Assembly: GCA_051942205.1 (NCBI GenBank)
Contig: JAVECO010000038.1
Span: forward strand, 1-64,000
DNA: 64,000 nucleotides
Direction of reading: 5' to 3'
Source of the DNA: Coniocarpon cinnabarinum
Lineage: Eukaryota
The notes beneath the pieces were generated by a model. It saw only the letters and a list, made by a program, of their open reading frames with translations. It was not told the DNA's origin and did no database searches. Shown one piece after another: positions 1 through 13,012 of the stretch (position 1 is its first letter; the number at the start of each line of letters is the position of its first letter). Both the position numbers and the translations under genes were made by a program.

Positions 1-2807
1 CGCCCTTACTCGTCCACACCACCGTTGGCTGCGCGCTCGCCAATGCCACGGTGATTGATGTTCGACGACTGCTACTGCGCCGCCACTGCGAAATTGCCCT
101 CTCTCTCCTTGGCGCTCTCCGTAGACGAGGAATCCGTGACATTGCAGAGCGAGAGCAGCGTTTCATCTTGGGCGGCTGCGAAGCTTGCCTCCTGATCCTG
201 ACCTCCGCGTCCTCTGCATCCTGCTGTCCACCGCGCGCTATTGCGGAGCGCAGCTGCGTCACTGCAGTGTCTGCCGTCCCAGCCATACAGCAGCCCTTCT
301 GCATGTGCACTGTTGGAGGGCCACGCTCGGTAGACTGGACCAATGCTGCGTGTAGGCGGCGCATGGCTACTTGGTGCCCGCCGAGAAAATCGCGCAACGG
401 TGGGGTACCTCGTCACAAATCACACATGGGCTCTCCAGTCAGCGTATCCCGTATGCTCGAGGATGGAGCCAAGAGCATGCCGACCTGACGAAATGGCGAC
501 CCGGGATTCGTCGCCGCATGCTCCACGTTTGACACTGTCATGATGCGTGCAGCGATACACTGTCCGGCCTCTCAATTTGGCATTGGTCGGCATCAACCTT
601 GGTAGACCCTTGGCCTCATCCTTGCCGCCCGAATTTTCAATTCCGGGGTGCGTCGCTACCTGCCACCCTGCCTGCTCGCTGCCGAGCTTGGCAAGATGGG
701 GCAGTTGCTGAACCTTCGGTTGGCGCTGACAGTGATCTTCCCAGTTACCCGGGAAGCACGAGAAGCATTCGTTTGCGGTCGCCTGCATCCTTTTGGCCAG
801 CCATGCACGTTTTCTGCACGCCAAGGTGTGCCGCGTCGACAGTGACTCTGTCATCATCAGACGTGGCAGCCGCGCAAATCTACCCGAAAGTCTATTCAGC
901 TGAACAAGTCAACCGGACCGCTCCTAGCGAAAGAACTCGTGTTGACCAGCCATGACAATCGTTTCGATCGCCATCTTAGACATTCAGCGCCCATCTGAGT
1001 CGAATTAAAGCCTCAACAGTCGCGAGTCATGACGGTCTTGGAGCGTTGCAAAGGCGCATTATTCGCCGAGCCATGGTTGCAGATAAAGGTCAACGGCGTG
1101 GCATTAGTCGCTTCCGACGCCGTGGCAGGATGGGGTCAGTCATTAGATCTCTCTGCCGCTGACTCGTCATAGATCTGGCACTCTTCCCTCTGTGGCTAAG
1201 TCCAGCGGATGGAAGTGTGCCGACCAGCCCAATGCGTTTGCTCATTGTCACTTTTGAATGACTGCGACATACTCCGTACATTGTTTCAGCACGGTGCCTC
1301 GACTAAGGTTCTTGGTAGATCTTGGCTCATTACGCATGCGATATTGCAGTGGACTGCACTCTATTTGTTGTTCCTGGCACCTGCGCGAGGGGTAAGTGTG
1401 CGCTGACTGCAGCAACGGTTACTGTTGAAGGCTTGTCGCTGCGCGGTGCTCTTAGCCGACGGGTTGGCGGGTCGTTCGCTCGTCTGACGCTTCAGGCTTA
1501 ATCTTTGCCTCCACAATTTACCTATGATCCGTGTTGAGCCTCATGGCCAATGTATTGCCTCGAAGACAATTGGCGGCTTAGATGCAGCAGTCATTCCACA
1601 TGTGCCGGGTACCGCAGACCGTGTTCTACCCACGAAACCCCTCTTTCAACCTGTTATGGGATCCAGTATCTGGGCCGTCAAGACTCATTGAGGGCGTCAT
1701 TCAATTGTTCTACAATGTGTTTTCGGGGTGTCTGTGGGCTTGGTGATTTATTTCTCAAAAAAGCAGCTGGGGCAGTCATCCACTTTGGCTGCTTCAGTGC
1801 ATCCTGTCGCATTTTCAAGAACGTGATTCGTTGACGTAGCTGATTGCAGGGCATTGTGTGCCGTCACAGCCTTTGTAATCCATCTGGAAGTTGCGTGCGT
1901 AGCGTCCTTTTTGAAGCGCAGGGGCTCGTGCATTTTACGAGAAGTCTCTGCTGGAGCTCAGCGCGTGGGGAGAGAGAAACGGCTGGGGCGGAGTGAACGA
2001 GGCGTATATTCTCGTTCCACAATGTGGTGCGTTGTGACGTTGTAGGTGTCGAAAAGCTCAAGACGCAACATTCGGTGTCGAGGCGCCTCAGCGCAGAGGC
2101 TTACGAAGATCTGAAATGGTGCTTGTGTAAGTCTCTCTATCCCTTGAACATCAAGAGGATGTAGTCTCTTGGTACTCATACTGATTCTGTTTCTGTTACG
2201 CCGCAACGAGCCAAGTTACGGCTGAAGAGCTTGTGGCATCGGTGCCATTCTGATGATCCGACCGCGGTGAGATAAGAGAGACTGACGATGACGTCTATTT
2301 CGGCGCGACAGTGAAAGATGGATGTTATGCGAGATATGCCACTGCTTCGACGTAGTTGAGTTTCACACCGCCACTGCCTATGGCTGTCCTGTGGATGGTC
2401 CGCCTTCCATTAGATTGGACGGGGCTTCGATCCGGAGCTGAACTGCAGAGAAGCTTTCTTCTCAGGCAGCACTTGAGTCTAGGTATGAAGGAATACAACT
2501 TACATGCACTGCCGCTTGAAGCCCGACAGTCACGTACGGAAAATACACGCTTCGACACATGAAACACAGAGTAGGTAGTTAAGAGAAGATTTGCGATCAG
2601 TCACAAGCGGTGAGTCAGGTGACACCAGACCTGGAAAAGCTACACCATTGTGCAAGCTCCCTTTACCTACAAGATCACTCGATCAAAAGGTGATGGAAAT
2701 AAACGAACGCCTTCACCCTAAATCATCGAAACGTAGATACTAATACATAGTCTTGCGCCAACCACCGGAAATGCAATCAAGAACGGGCCCCAACCTGGGT
2801 CTGGCAC

Positions 2808-3622
2808 TCACGAACCCCCTTGTTTGCCTCCCCAGGGCCACCATTTGCCGGACTTACCACCTTTACCATTATCTGAGGATGAGCTCTTGTCTTCAGACGA
2901 TGATTTATCCACCTTCTCAAAGTCCGACCCTGCGCCCGGCGACGAAGAGCGCGACGACCACTTTGACGACTTGCCAGATGTTTGGTCAGATGTGCTGGAT
3001 GGCTTCTCGCTAGAGGGTTGATCCCCCTTTGGATCTGCTTTCTCGTTGCCTTCTGGCCCTTCCCCGCCACCGCCGCCGCCGCCGCCTGGTGGTGGTTTAT
3101 TGTTGTCGTCTTTATTCGACTTGAACCAGTTCGCAGGATTGGCCCTCCGTTTAAATCGGTGCTGTGTTATTCTCGTCAGCGTGGGACTCAGGCGGTTGAG
3201 ATGATCACGGTTTGAGCAAGACTCACCCAGCGTTTATAATGGTCCAGCGTCCTCATTGCCTGATTGTGGCCATCGTCCTTTCCGTAGTGTGACTTTCCGA
3301 ATCTTAAGAATGGTCACATTAGCCACGTCGTCTGCCCGTCAAACGCACGTCGCGCTTACATGTTCTTTCGATATGTCGTATAATAACCATGCTTATATAC
3401 GTCGTATTCTTTCTGATTTTTGGTATTGGCCTTGGCTTTCGCCTTGATGTTCGCCCTGTCTGCTGCCGGCACGTATGAGTTCTTGCTCGTCTTCTGCGGC
3501 ACTTTTCCCTTGCGGGCTTGCTTGCTGGCTCGTCCTCTGCGCTTTTTGATTCTATGCTTGATGGCGCGGCCCAATACCACGAAACCCCGTTCGAGTCGGC
3601 ATAGCATGCATATTTGCGGCAT
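2808..3622 (-). CDS. Orphan 3-exon protein (~230 aa): Lys/Arg-rich N-half, Gly/Ser/Lys low-complexity C-half
   Basis: ATG at 3622 (MPQICMLCRL...). Introns 3359-3303 (GTAAGC..GCTAAT..AAG) and 3226-3162 (GTGAGT..GCTGAC..CAG) join exons of 263+76+354 nt into one frame ending ...KWWPWGGKQGGS-TGA. No domain recognised. Confidence 0.6.
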
Positions 3623-5180
3623 GTTGAGACGAGCTTGTGGACGAAAACGCACTCAACGACGACGCAGACAGACGCAGCAGGCAATGGTAGTCAGAAATCG
3701 CGAGCAGGCAGAGCGAAACAGCACGGCAAAATTTCAGAACCAGTTGTTGCTACATTTCGTTATCTGGGGTCAACGTGTCCAGTACGCACGTCGCACGCTA
3801 AGGATACATACGTGGAGAAATTTGCGATCCGCTGGGGCTAAGCGTCCAGCGACAAGCGTACAGTGTGATGCCGCTCTTGCCCAACAACTGCAAAAGTTCG
3901 TAGTCGAGGAACGAGGAGACCAGTCGAGTGAAAGAGTGAAATGAAAGAGAAGAAAGAAGTCCCCACTCTTGCGACAGTGAATCCGTAAGTGCAACGACAT
4001 GGCAGCCTTGTGGTCTGGATTTTACTGTAGATACCCGACGCGTCCAGGCCGGGATGAGCGTCTGCTGCAACTGTGTCAGCATGACCCGCGTCTTGACAGA
4101 CGCTCTTTTTTGCGAGATCGTGCAGCTTCCTTTTCCCCACCAGTAGAGGTGATGCCTCCGCCGACTTGGACCAGTGCGACTGCTGAGAGTTGTCGAGATA
4201 AGCGAGCCAACCTAGCAGATGAACCTGTGACAGCAGGACTTCCAGCTGATGATTTTTAGTTCCACGTGGCGGCGCATATGGTCCACACCTATGCTTGCTG
4301 GCTTTGCTGCGCGCCGGGACAATCACTAAGCAGGGTCGCAATCGTACGGCAGCGCACTCCTGAACTCCTCGGATGGAGCTGTTGCAATTGGCATCCAGGC
4401 ATAAGCATCGCAAGTCGAAGCGCGTTCCTCAACGCCAATGGCCCTCTTGGACGACAGACACACCAATGACCTCGTCACCCAGTCGGAGTGCTGAAGCAGC
4501 TCCGCCACAAACCCTTTCAAGCGCCGTCAAGTTGTGACATTTCCACGTTGACTTGCGTGGTATAAGCCTCTCAGGACATGTGACCCATCTATTATGAGCG
4601 GGGCGGACGCGAATCGAACATAGACGATCCTGGTTTCGGTCCTTCTTTTGTCTCCTCCACCCCGGGTACTTTGAAGTACATAACTTGACTGGTACGCTTG
4701 GGTTTGGACCAAGGAAATCTCTTCTTACCGTATGTCCAGACAACATTGATGGACTGAATGACACCGTGACGATTCGGAGCAGGGTTGCTGTGTTCCTCGG
4801 ATTAATCAATGAAGGTCAGTCGTCGTTTCACTTGGGGATACTTACGTCAGTAGCGGATGTTGAATTTTCGCATGAACCTTCTGTTCCACATCCTCCTTCG
4901 CTTTTCTCACTTCGTCCTCATGTATACTCGTCCATGCATGCCCGGACAGGGCGATCAGCGATCTCATGCTTTTCTTTCGCCAGGCCAGCGCTTCGACGTA
5001 GAGCTGCATGCCATCGACTTTGCCAGAGCCCGGTATTGGCATCTCGAGATGCTTGCAAGTGTGCTTGGCGACCCTGAAGCCGATGCTTCGGACGCAGCAC
5101 GCAATGCAAGGCTCGCAACAGGCGGCACAGCACATGTTGACACACACTCAAATGACTCTGGAGGGCTGAAGGATACGCGC

Positions 5181-5240
5181 ACAATGACGAAGGAGAGGAT
5201 AAGGAGTGGCACAATGACAAAGGAGGGGATAGAGAGTGGC
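5181..5240 (+). repeat. Imperfect 30-bp tandem duplication
   Basis: ACAATGACGAAGGAGAGGATAAGGAGTGGC followed directly by ACAATGACAAAGGAGGGGATAGAGAGTGGC. Confidence 0.8.
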
Positions 5241-7992
5241 GGGCATCCCAGTAAAATGCCCTCCCATAACCCGCAACACAGATACCGTGTCAAGAAGGGT
5301 CTATGTATGAGCACGTGAAGAGACATTTAAAGGACACCTTGGCGAGAGCGGCCCGCGAAGAGGTGTGGTTACAGATCGATGGATCGAGGCTGACAAAGTG
5401 ACGGGACCCAAGCATTTCGGCCGCTGCGTCGAGGAAGGTTTGTTGTCTCTTTTCCCCAGATAGGCGAGATATGTGGAGACGGAAGACGCTCACTACTTTG
5501 AAGATAGTCCCGCGCTCAATCTGAAAGATGTCTCATCTTGCCTATCAGTCCTCTCCGGCAGGCGAACAACGGCGCCGGCAATGCGGCGTGTCGAGTGTGA
5601 TCGCTAATCTGATGATCGTTCAAGACCCTGAAGAGGGACCGACAACGACGGGACCAGTAATCATTATCAAAGATGAAACCAAACGATACTGGACCACTTG
5701 CTACGCCAAGGATCGCTTCTGGATGATATTGTGAGGAATGGAGAAGATCAGCGCATTTGAGTTGAAGCGAGGGCCGAAGTAAAGACCGCCAAAGTGACCC
5801 GCGTAGGGCTGACAGTGTTTCATCAGATTGTTGCTGAGGACAGGTCGCCACAGGTCTCAAGTGGGACGCAACAATGTGGAGGGTGAAAGCGCGGGGCGTG
5901 GGCTGTGCCTCGATATTGAGCGATAAGAATCGAAACCAGACATCGGAACCGTTGAGTTGATACGACAGTGCCAAGAGTGGTGAACTAAAGCTCAATTCTC
6001 GCAAGCCTCGCATCACAGACCGGCAAGTAGGCTAAAACACAGGCGTAATTCGGGACCTGCACCCATTTGCAGGTAACAGATCATGACCTCGTTGCTCATT
6101 AGATCATTTTTGTAGTAGCATACACATTCAAAAGAGGGTATGATCTGCGTACACAATACACGCCCCTTTTGGCTTGATGAGGGTCTGTAGCGTGGCCCTT
6201 GTCGCCACCGTCTTTGTAGCGGCCGCTACGTTGACTTTGCCAAGAGTCGAAAAAAGACGCGATCTCGTATAGTGTGTACGCTACACACTATCGCGCTACG
6301 CTATCGCTGCCTCTAAACTAATTTTAGCCATATGCAGAGCCCTCCACTATGTGTAACGCGGGAAGTACAGATCTAGCGCAAATGTGATGACCATACGAAA
6401 AGAGGCGAGGCGCCCGTGTAGACTTAAACCCGAACGGGTGTGTGTACGCATGTGTGTGCTGCTGCAAAAATGATCTATTTTCTCTCGGGAAGAAAGCGGC
6501 ATAGCAGCGGCGTAAGCATAGTGCCAGCGTGCCCTTGCTAGGCGTAGTAGGGTCTAGCAGTGATCCTAATCTTACCTGGAAACAACGCCATTCATTGGCG
6601 AGAGGCGGCACCGTCGTCTACGTGTTTGCAGTGAATCATTCCGCGGGTAAGCCAAAACGTTGATTACAATTTGACTGAAGGCAGGCGTGGGGCTAGGTTA
6701 GTCTTCGTAAGGCACGTGATGTATCACGTGACTGTGGAGTCTTGTAGCCTTCCCAGTATTCTTTGGACTCCTTAAGATTCACTACATCTCTGCAAACCCC
6801 AAAGCGGTGTGGTGAGGCTTCGCTGTGGGCCACGTATGCACCCTCCATCCGGTTTCCAGCAATGTCTCTTGTCAACATTTGCTGACTCGAACTTCCATAC
6901 TACTATGTCACCATCACCAAGGAGGTCAACATGTGACCTCAAAACTCTGCTGTTCTCTGCAAGATTTGGCTTACCTCTGACAAAAATATTCGGCGCACTG
7001 GACAAATGCCATTCCTTCAACCTTTGGTGATCAAGGCATAATGGACTATGCCTCAGTCCCTAACGCGTCGGCAATATAGGTGTCAGATTCGTGTACACTC
7101 CAGCGGTGAAGTGAGTGAAAGCGTGACTTAGACTGTGCTCTGCTCTCTCACACCCCGTAAGTGCCGTTATTGAACACGCGGTTGCCGCCACGCCAACAGT
7201 GATCTTAGGCTCAAAAGGTGGTATACCGTTTAATGTAACGAAGTACTAGTCGGAAACAGAGACACTAGAAAAAATACACTTGCAAGCTATAACACCGCAT
7301 CAATATTGACGTGCTGTTTCCCTTTTGTGTGATTAGCAATGTCAAGGTCGGTCGTCTGAAAGCTTAGTCGCAGGTAGTGAAGCAGTCACTTCATCAGCGT
7401 TATAAGAAGGCTTTGACAACTTTCTGCGGTCACGAGGCAGCATAGACAAAGGAGCAGTGTAAGGATTGGTAGTCAGGCTTCAAATAAGGTAAAACCTGTT
7501 GCACTTTGTGCAGACTCACCATACCTTGGTAAGCCGCTCGGATACAAAGACTTGGAATTGAACGCTGATGCCGCCAGTCGGTTGTTAAAACAATATATAT
7601 CAGTCCCTAGTGTATTGACCATGACAAATGACTTCCCAAGCAAATACCGTCGACATGCTATTGAAACCAGAAATGGCAAATACCCTCGGAACTTCAACTT
7701 TCTAGGTAGCGACGCGACACGCCATACCGTACCCAGGAGTCACAAGAAAGTCTTTGTAGGCACTTACGCACATTGCTGATCAATGACTGGGACGACTGCG
7801 TAAGCGTATGGTGCATACAACGTTCGGCTGGAGAATTATGCCTTACGAGCTCGCCACCAACCCTGAAGGAAACGTATCTCGGAGCAGAACGTGCGTATGA
7901 TTCCTGTCTACATGCTCTGAGGTTGTTGTCTGGTCTTCGTTTGTGGAGCTGTCTTTGCATGGTCAGTACCCCTATGATACTGGAGCACGATA

Positions 7993-8872
7993 TCACTCAT
8001 TCGACGCCGAGTCATCCTCAGTGTTCTCCGATGCCGTGCTACCTCTTCTGCTCTGGGGTCTGATTCGACTGTCTTTGAATACAGCTCCTGTGCCCGGTTT
8101 GTAGTCTCTAAGCTGAGTGACGAACTGGGTCTGTGTCTTAGGCTTTGTCTGTGGGTCCTTCTTCAACGACTTGACCGGGACCTCAATGGGATGCGGGTGG
8201 AGCGCTGCGAGGCCAAAGTGCAGCTCGTATTTAATCAGTTGGACTTTGCCGTCTTTGATTTCCTTGTGTCTGCAGCCAGAGTTCAATGACTTATAACGCA
8301 AAGATAGGGAGGGGGCCCAATACTTACACAATCATGATCACTATCTGATCATAGCATGACTCCTTGGCTCCCGACACAAGCATGCCGACCAAGTTGTGCT
8401 TCAGCCATCCTCCGAAGTGTAAGATCGACGGGGAATCATCTGCGTCATCCGCTGGCAAGCCCTTTTTTCGTTTGAACTCTTTAACGCCGGCTCGGATGGC
8501 CGGCTCTCGGTGTTGTCGGAACTTTTCCAATTTTTGCCATATGTCGAACCACCCCTTTAAGTCCGTGGCTGTGCTTGACCAAGGAAGCATCGATGTCATC
8601 CACGACTCATCCGCAGCATGATTTGATGTCAGATCTCGTATTTGCCACAGACCAGCCCGGTGCCCCTCTTTCCTTTGTGTCTTTTCCACGGGTGCGACTG
8701 CGAGCTTGAGCTTCTTGCCATGATTGGCTTTTGCTGTATATACTTTTTTACTGTTCGTCATGAATTGCTGCCCCCTGCCAACGCCCTGGCAGGAGTCCCA
8801 CCTTTGCCGAGTCTGGGGATCCATCGAATCAAACGAAGTGTTGGAGGCATCGCCACCGTTTGAATCGGTCAT
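7993..8872 (-). CDS. Orphan 2-exon basic protein (~273 aa); start uncertain
   Basis: ORF 8324-8875 joins ORF 7993-8331 through a 58-nt phase-2 intron 8327-8270 (GTAAGT..CAG), giving ...DQIVIMIV|HKEIKDGKVQLIKYELHFG.... The branch point is weak and an extra 5' exon (ORF 8897-9109) is possible. Confidence 0.5.
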
Positions 8873-9297
8873 CAATACAATGGGACAACGACCGAGTTAC
8901 AGAGTATCTTTCAAGGCTGTTGCAATGAGTGCAGGTGTAGATTCAATGGCGCGTTTGATACGAGACGGAACAAACCAGACCAGTATTGAGGCCCACTGTA
9001 CGCGAAGCATGGAAGGCATGGGTGAGTTCTTAATTCTACGGCTGGGGCCAGCGACTCTAAAGCCACGTCCACGCAATAACAACAGCAATGACGAGGTGAC
9101 GAGAGACATCGTAGCGTCAGGCCAAGCTCATGATTACAGCTTGCAAAAAGAGGGTGGCGTCGCGGCATCCAAAGAGAGTCAGCGTAGATCGACATACACC
9201 TGCACGCGCTCAAATGCTGTGGATTAGCCGCCGCATCTAATGAGCCTGCCTTGCATCGCTGCGATGAACACCGTGTTCCTTAACAACTTGCAAGCAC

Positions 9298-9547
9298 AGA
9301 CCTGTTGTTCAGACGACGTGGTGCTGACTATACTCGACGCAGGACAATGAAGCGACCACGGAGACCTGTTGTTCAGGCGCTGTAATGCTGACTGCGCTAA
9401 AGAAGGATAATGAAGCGACCATCGACCCATTCTTCCCGCTGCATCACGCCAGCCATACTCGAAGAGGATTATTAAACGATCGCAGATCTGTCGTTTTATT
9501 CAGCGGCATGATGATCGTCATTCTCGAAGTTAGATAATGAAGCGGCC
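9298..9547. repeat. Degenerate minisatellite, ~63-bp period, ~4 copies
   Basis: AGACCTGTTGTTCAG at 9298 and 9362; ATGAAGCGACC-like core at 9347, 9410, ~9471 (degenerate) and 9537. Confidence 0.65.
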
Positions 9548-10239
9548 AACCAGGTCTTGAAGCGCCGCTCTTTGTTTCAAGATAGATACGCGCCAAAGAG
9601 GACAGTTTCGAAAGGACTTCAAGACAGCAGTGAGATCTTAGCCTTCGCTAATGATCTGACGTTGGCGAATGCCGTCTCTGCCGATTCTGGATCGTAGGGT
9701 TCTACGTATTGCGGCTGATGATCAACTTACAGAGAAACGCATTCATCCCTGCTAGGGACGCTTCCGGCCATAATGACTGCCGCCGATCGATTTGCGCCTC
9801 TTCACAGCCAAGCAAAGAAATGCATGGACGCTGATACCGAATATGTCGCGTGAGGGAAAGGACAGTTTACGATGAAACCTGCGCAACGGCAAGGCGATTG
9901 AAAGGCCGGGCTGGCGATTCACCACATGCCGTTTTAGGTATATGAGACTGACTCGTACGAAGCTCCCTTTGCGGCCCGACACAAGCACGAGGCCTAAAGA
10001 ACACTCAGCATGCGAGCCTACACGCTGAGCACACCGTCCAAGACGAGGCTGAAGGATGACTAACTCCGACGCATGAGGCTATTGGGATGGTTTGATTGAG
10101 TCTTCTTGTGAAGTGCGCGTCCGTATGAAACTAAGAAAAGAGATCTCAACATAAATCGTGGTAATTCTCTTCCTGTGCTCCTTGCAATATTTCCGCACCT
10201 GCATATGTTCTGGACGAGTTTCCATCAGGTTTCGTCCCC

Positions 10240-10984
10240 TCATCTTGGCCCGTCGTTCTCGCTTGGCGGTCCTGAAGGACCAGATCGGGAGCTGTCAGAG
10301 TTGTCATTCTTCCACTGTATGACTTTCAGGTTGGCATATGTGAAACCGCCATATCTGCGAGGAAGCTCTACTAGAATACTCTTAATAGTGTCTCCTTCCT
10401 GTGGTATCAAAATCTCCCTGTCTTTGTCGCCGCAGGAGCATGGACAGCAAAGGCAGGGAATCCAATCAACGAGACAAGTCAAGCACCTCCAGGGCTGAGG
10501 CCGAGGAGTAAGCTTTATACTTGGTTCATAACGAGAGTCAGCTGCAATGCTCAATCCTCGATGTTTATGATACTTACATGACAACTACCTTCTTCTGCTT
10601 GGTGAAACATTTGCACACTCCACAGCCGTACCGGAGCCACAAGCGCTGATTCTTGTTGAGTAAGTCCGGGGTTATGGTGTGCGCCAAGAATCTGGCGAGA
10701 TTGATCGCCAAATCAGGCTGGTCGTCGAATAAGACCTTGAGTTCTCTGTTGTCCTCGCGTTCATCCACGCGTGCGCAAAGGCTGAGGCCCTTGGGTATCT
10801 CTATTGGCGGATTAAGTCCTTTGCAATACTCTTCGATCAGATCAAGGGGAGGGTTTCGTAGAACCTTCTCAATCCGCTTGCCGCAGAAGAAATCAAGGAC
10901 GCGTCCGTGAGGTGTGTTCTTCAACACAACCTTCGTAGCTCGCTGTTTGAGCCCCGCTGTGTTAAATCTGATAGGGCGAGGCAT
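10240..10984 (-). CDS. Orphan 2-exon Cys-cluster protein (~228 aa)
   Basis: ATG at 10984. A 58-nt phase-2 intron 10577-10520 (GTAAGT..GCTGAC..AAG) fuses ORFs 10574-10984 and 10240-10584 in frame. Cys clusters GCGVCKC, RCLTC and PCLCCPCSC; no signal peptide. Confidence 0.65.
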
Positions 10985-13012
10985 GGTTGCGGCGCTGGAG
11001 ACACAGCCAGAGACTATGGGAAGATATCCTCTTGTGTATAATCGATAGGAGATGCAAAAGAAAAACGTTAGCGCAGTCAGTCGCGTCAGGTCTTAGATCT
11101 GGGGTTGAGGATAAGACACTAGGCACTTGGCAGCAGACACATGCCACATGAGTTTTTGCATAGCTGATGAGCAAGCTCGCAGCGCTTCTGAGGGCGCTGA
11201 AACGCAGAACGATCAAATACAGGTGGACTAGGGAGGATCATGATGAATACGTGTCTTTCGGTCGTCGCGAGGCTCTGATAATCAGAGGGCAGTGACGAAT
11301 CAGGAGTACGATGGAGGTTTTGCCGCGCACGGCCATATATATCGTGAAATCAGAGCGACTCCTGCAGCCGTGTGTGCATAACCTTTAAGGTAGGTGCTGT
11401 TGTGCAATTAATATTTTTCTGGACAGGACGTCCGCACGGTCCGCGATGTCTGAGCTCGTGCTGTACGCTGTACGCTGTACGCTTCCGAACCGTCAGTCGT
11501 CAGCGCAAGCCCAACCAGGGCTGTTTCATGCATAAGCCGAACTGGTCAGGGCGTGGGGTCCAGCTTATTCTTATCGCCAAATTCGCAGTGCACAGGTGTC
11601 AAATAGCACGATATGGGTTGGTACCATTCGCCTACACTTACAGACGAAGTGTATCCAGCAGGTCGTATCTTGCCACCTTGCGAAGACGATGTGCGGCCAA
11701 TTTCAAATCGCAAGATTATTGTACTGAGTTTCCTATTTAGGTATGATCAAGCTCTATGTCACGTGCTGACGATTGCTTAACGCCCTCAATCGTGCCCGTC
11801 AGCAAATACTCCTACGACGCCGCCTCCAGGACCGGTTTCGAATCGTTCTGACGGTTGGCGTGCGCTCACTGAATCTCTGATTGTCAGAAAATCAGCTGAC
11901 GATTGCGCATTGCGAGCCGCGATATGGACCCATCCTGCACCGGGAAACAGCAAGCTAAACAGCACCCTAAACACCGGACGTCTAAGTGAACTTGGCTGAT
12001 AGGGCGACCGGTGGAATGAACTTGCCCGCGATTCCGTGGCAGCGCAAGTCTCTGGCGCTGAGCCGCGTGGAGCGCGGAAAATCTGCATGTGATCAAAGCA
12101 GTCTCGCGGTGGATTAACCTACCCCTGCTTTTGGTTTTTCGACCTGAACGACGGACGAGTACTAGCCCTCAGCATCAGTATCTCAAAGGTCGAGGTTCGT
12201 TGTCTAGCGCTTCAACTTCTCACGATCAGGCAGCCACCTTTAGGTCTGGTAACCTTCAGGTCTAGAGAAGTAGTCCCCCAGAGTCGCCGACCCAAACCTA
12301 CACTGCGAGACCTCTTCAAGTGCATAGGCGCTTTCTTGCTGCACTTTACGCATTGACATCCCTAATTGCACATTGTTGATTTGCACAAAAGCGCTGAAAA
12401 ATGTGAATAGAAGGTGCGTGCTACAAGTACATTTTCAAGGGGTTGAAGCTTCAGCTGACTTTATTTCAGCAATGTACTCCTTCTCTGATCTTTCAGGTCC
12501 AACATAGGCCGTTGTGGCCGTGATTCAGTACGTTTGGTAATTGCAGGCTTGCTCTGGACGCACTGCTTTGTCTTCTCTTCCCGAAATGCTGGTGGGCTGT
12601 GCCAGCGTGCTTTGTTCTCTGCGACCATGTGGCTTCTATCGCGAAAACGTACCAAGGCAGTCACGTATGAGATGCCCAGCATGACCGTAAAGAAGACGCC
12701 AATTCCCTTGTAGCTGTATTAATAATACTGTGAGCCTCACTGACAATACACACTGAACCGGATGCCGGTCAATCCGCCGTGGTCAACTTCGATCAACAGC
12801 CGTGAGCAGGCGTGACCCGCAGAATGCACAGTGCGTAGCAACAATGACAGCCACTCTGCTCTGTTCCTCTACCGTACCTTCCTCGACCCAGAGTCCAAAA
12901 GACGCGAGCATTGATATACCTCTTGTTACTTTTATCAAAACTATCTATGCAAAAGTAAATCATATTACAAGTCCTTCTGAGCCTAGCTTCAAAGCTGCAC
13001 TTGTTAGCAACA

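Noticed and set aside
1..2600. Numerous short overlapping ORFs on both strands
   Set aside because: No recognisable motifs and no consistent exon chain; compatible with chance ORFs in ~52% GC DNA.
3585..3600. GTTCGAGTC T-loop-like motif suggesting a tRNA
   Set aside because: No cloverleaf, acceptor stem or A-box; it lies within a predicted exon on the opposite strand.
3999..4469. Two same-frame ORFs separated by a single TAG (possible readthrough or A-to-I editing)
   Set aside because: The combined peptide has no recognisable features, so there is no independent support for coding.
4857..6030. Possible degraded plus-strand gene containing the 30-bp duplication
   Set aside because: I could not build a stop-free spliced model or assign a family.
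6269..6305. Hairpin as a Helitron 3' terminus
   Set aside because: No CTRR end at the expected distance on either strand and no Rep/helicase remnant nearby.
11765..11906. Repeated 12-mer GCTGACGATTGC (11765 and 11895)
   Set aside because: Only two exact copies, with no array structure or terminal-repeat context.
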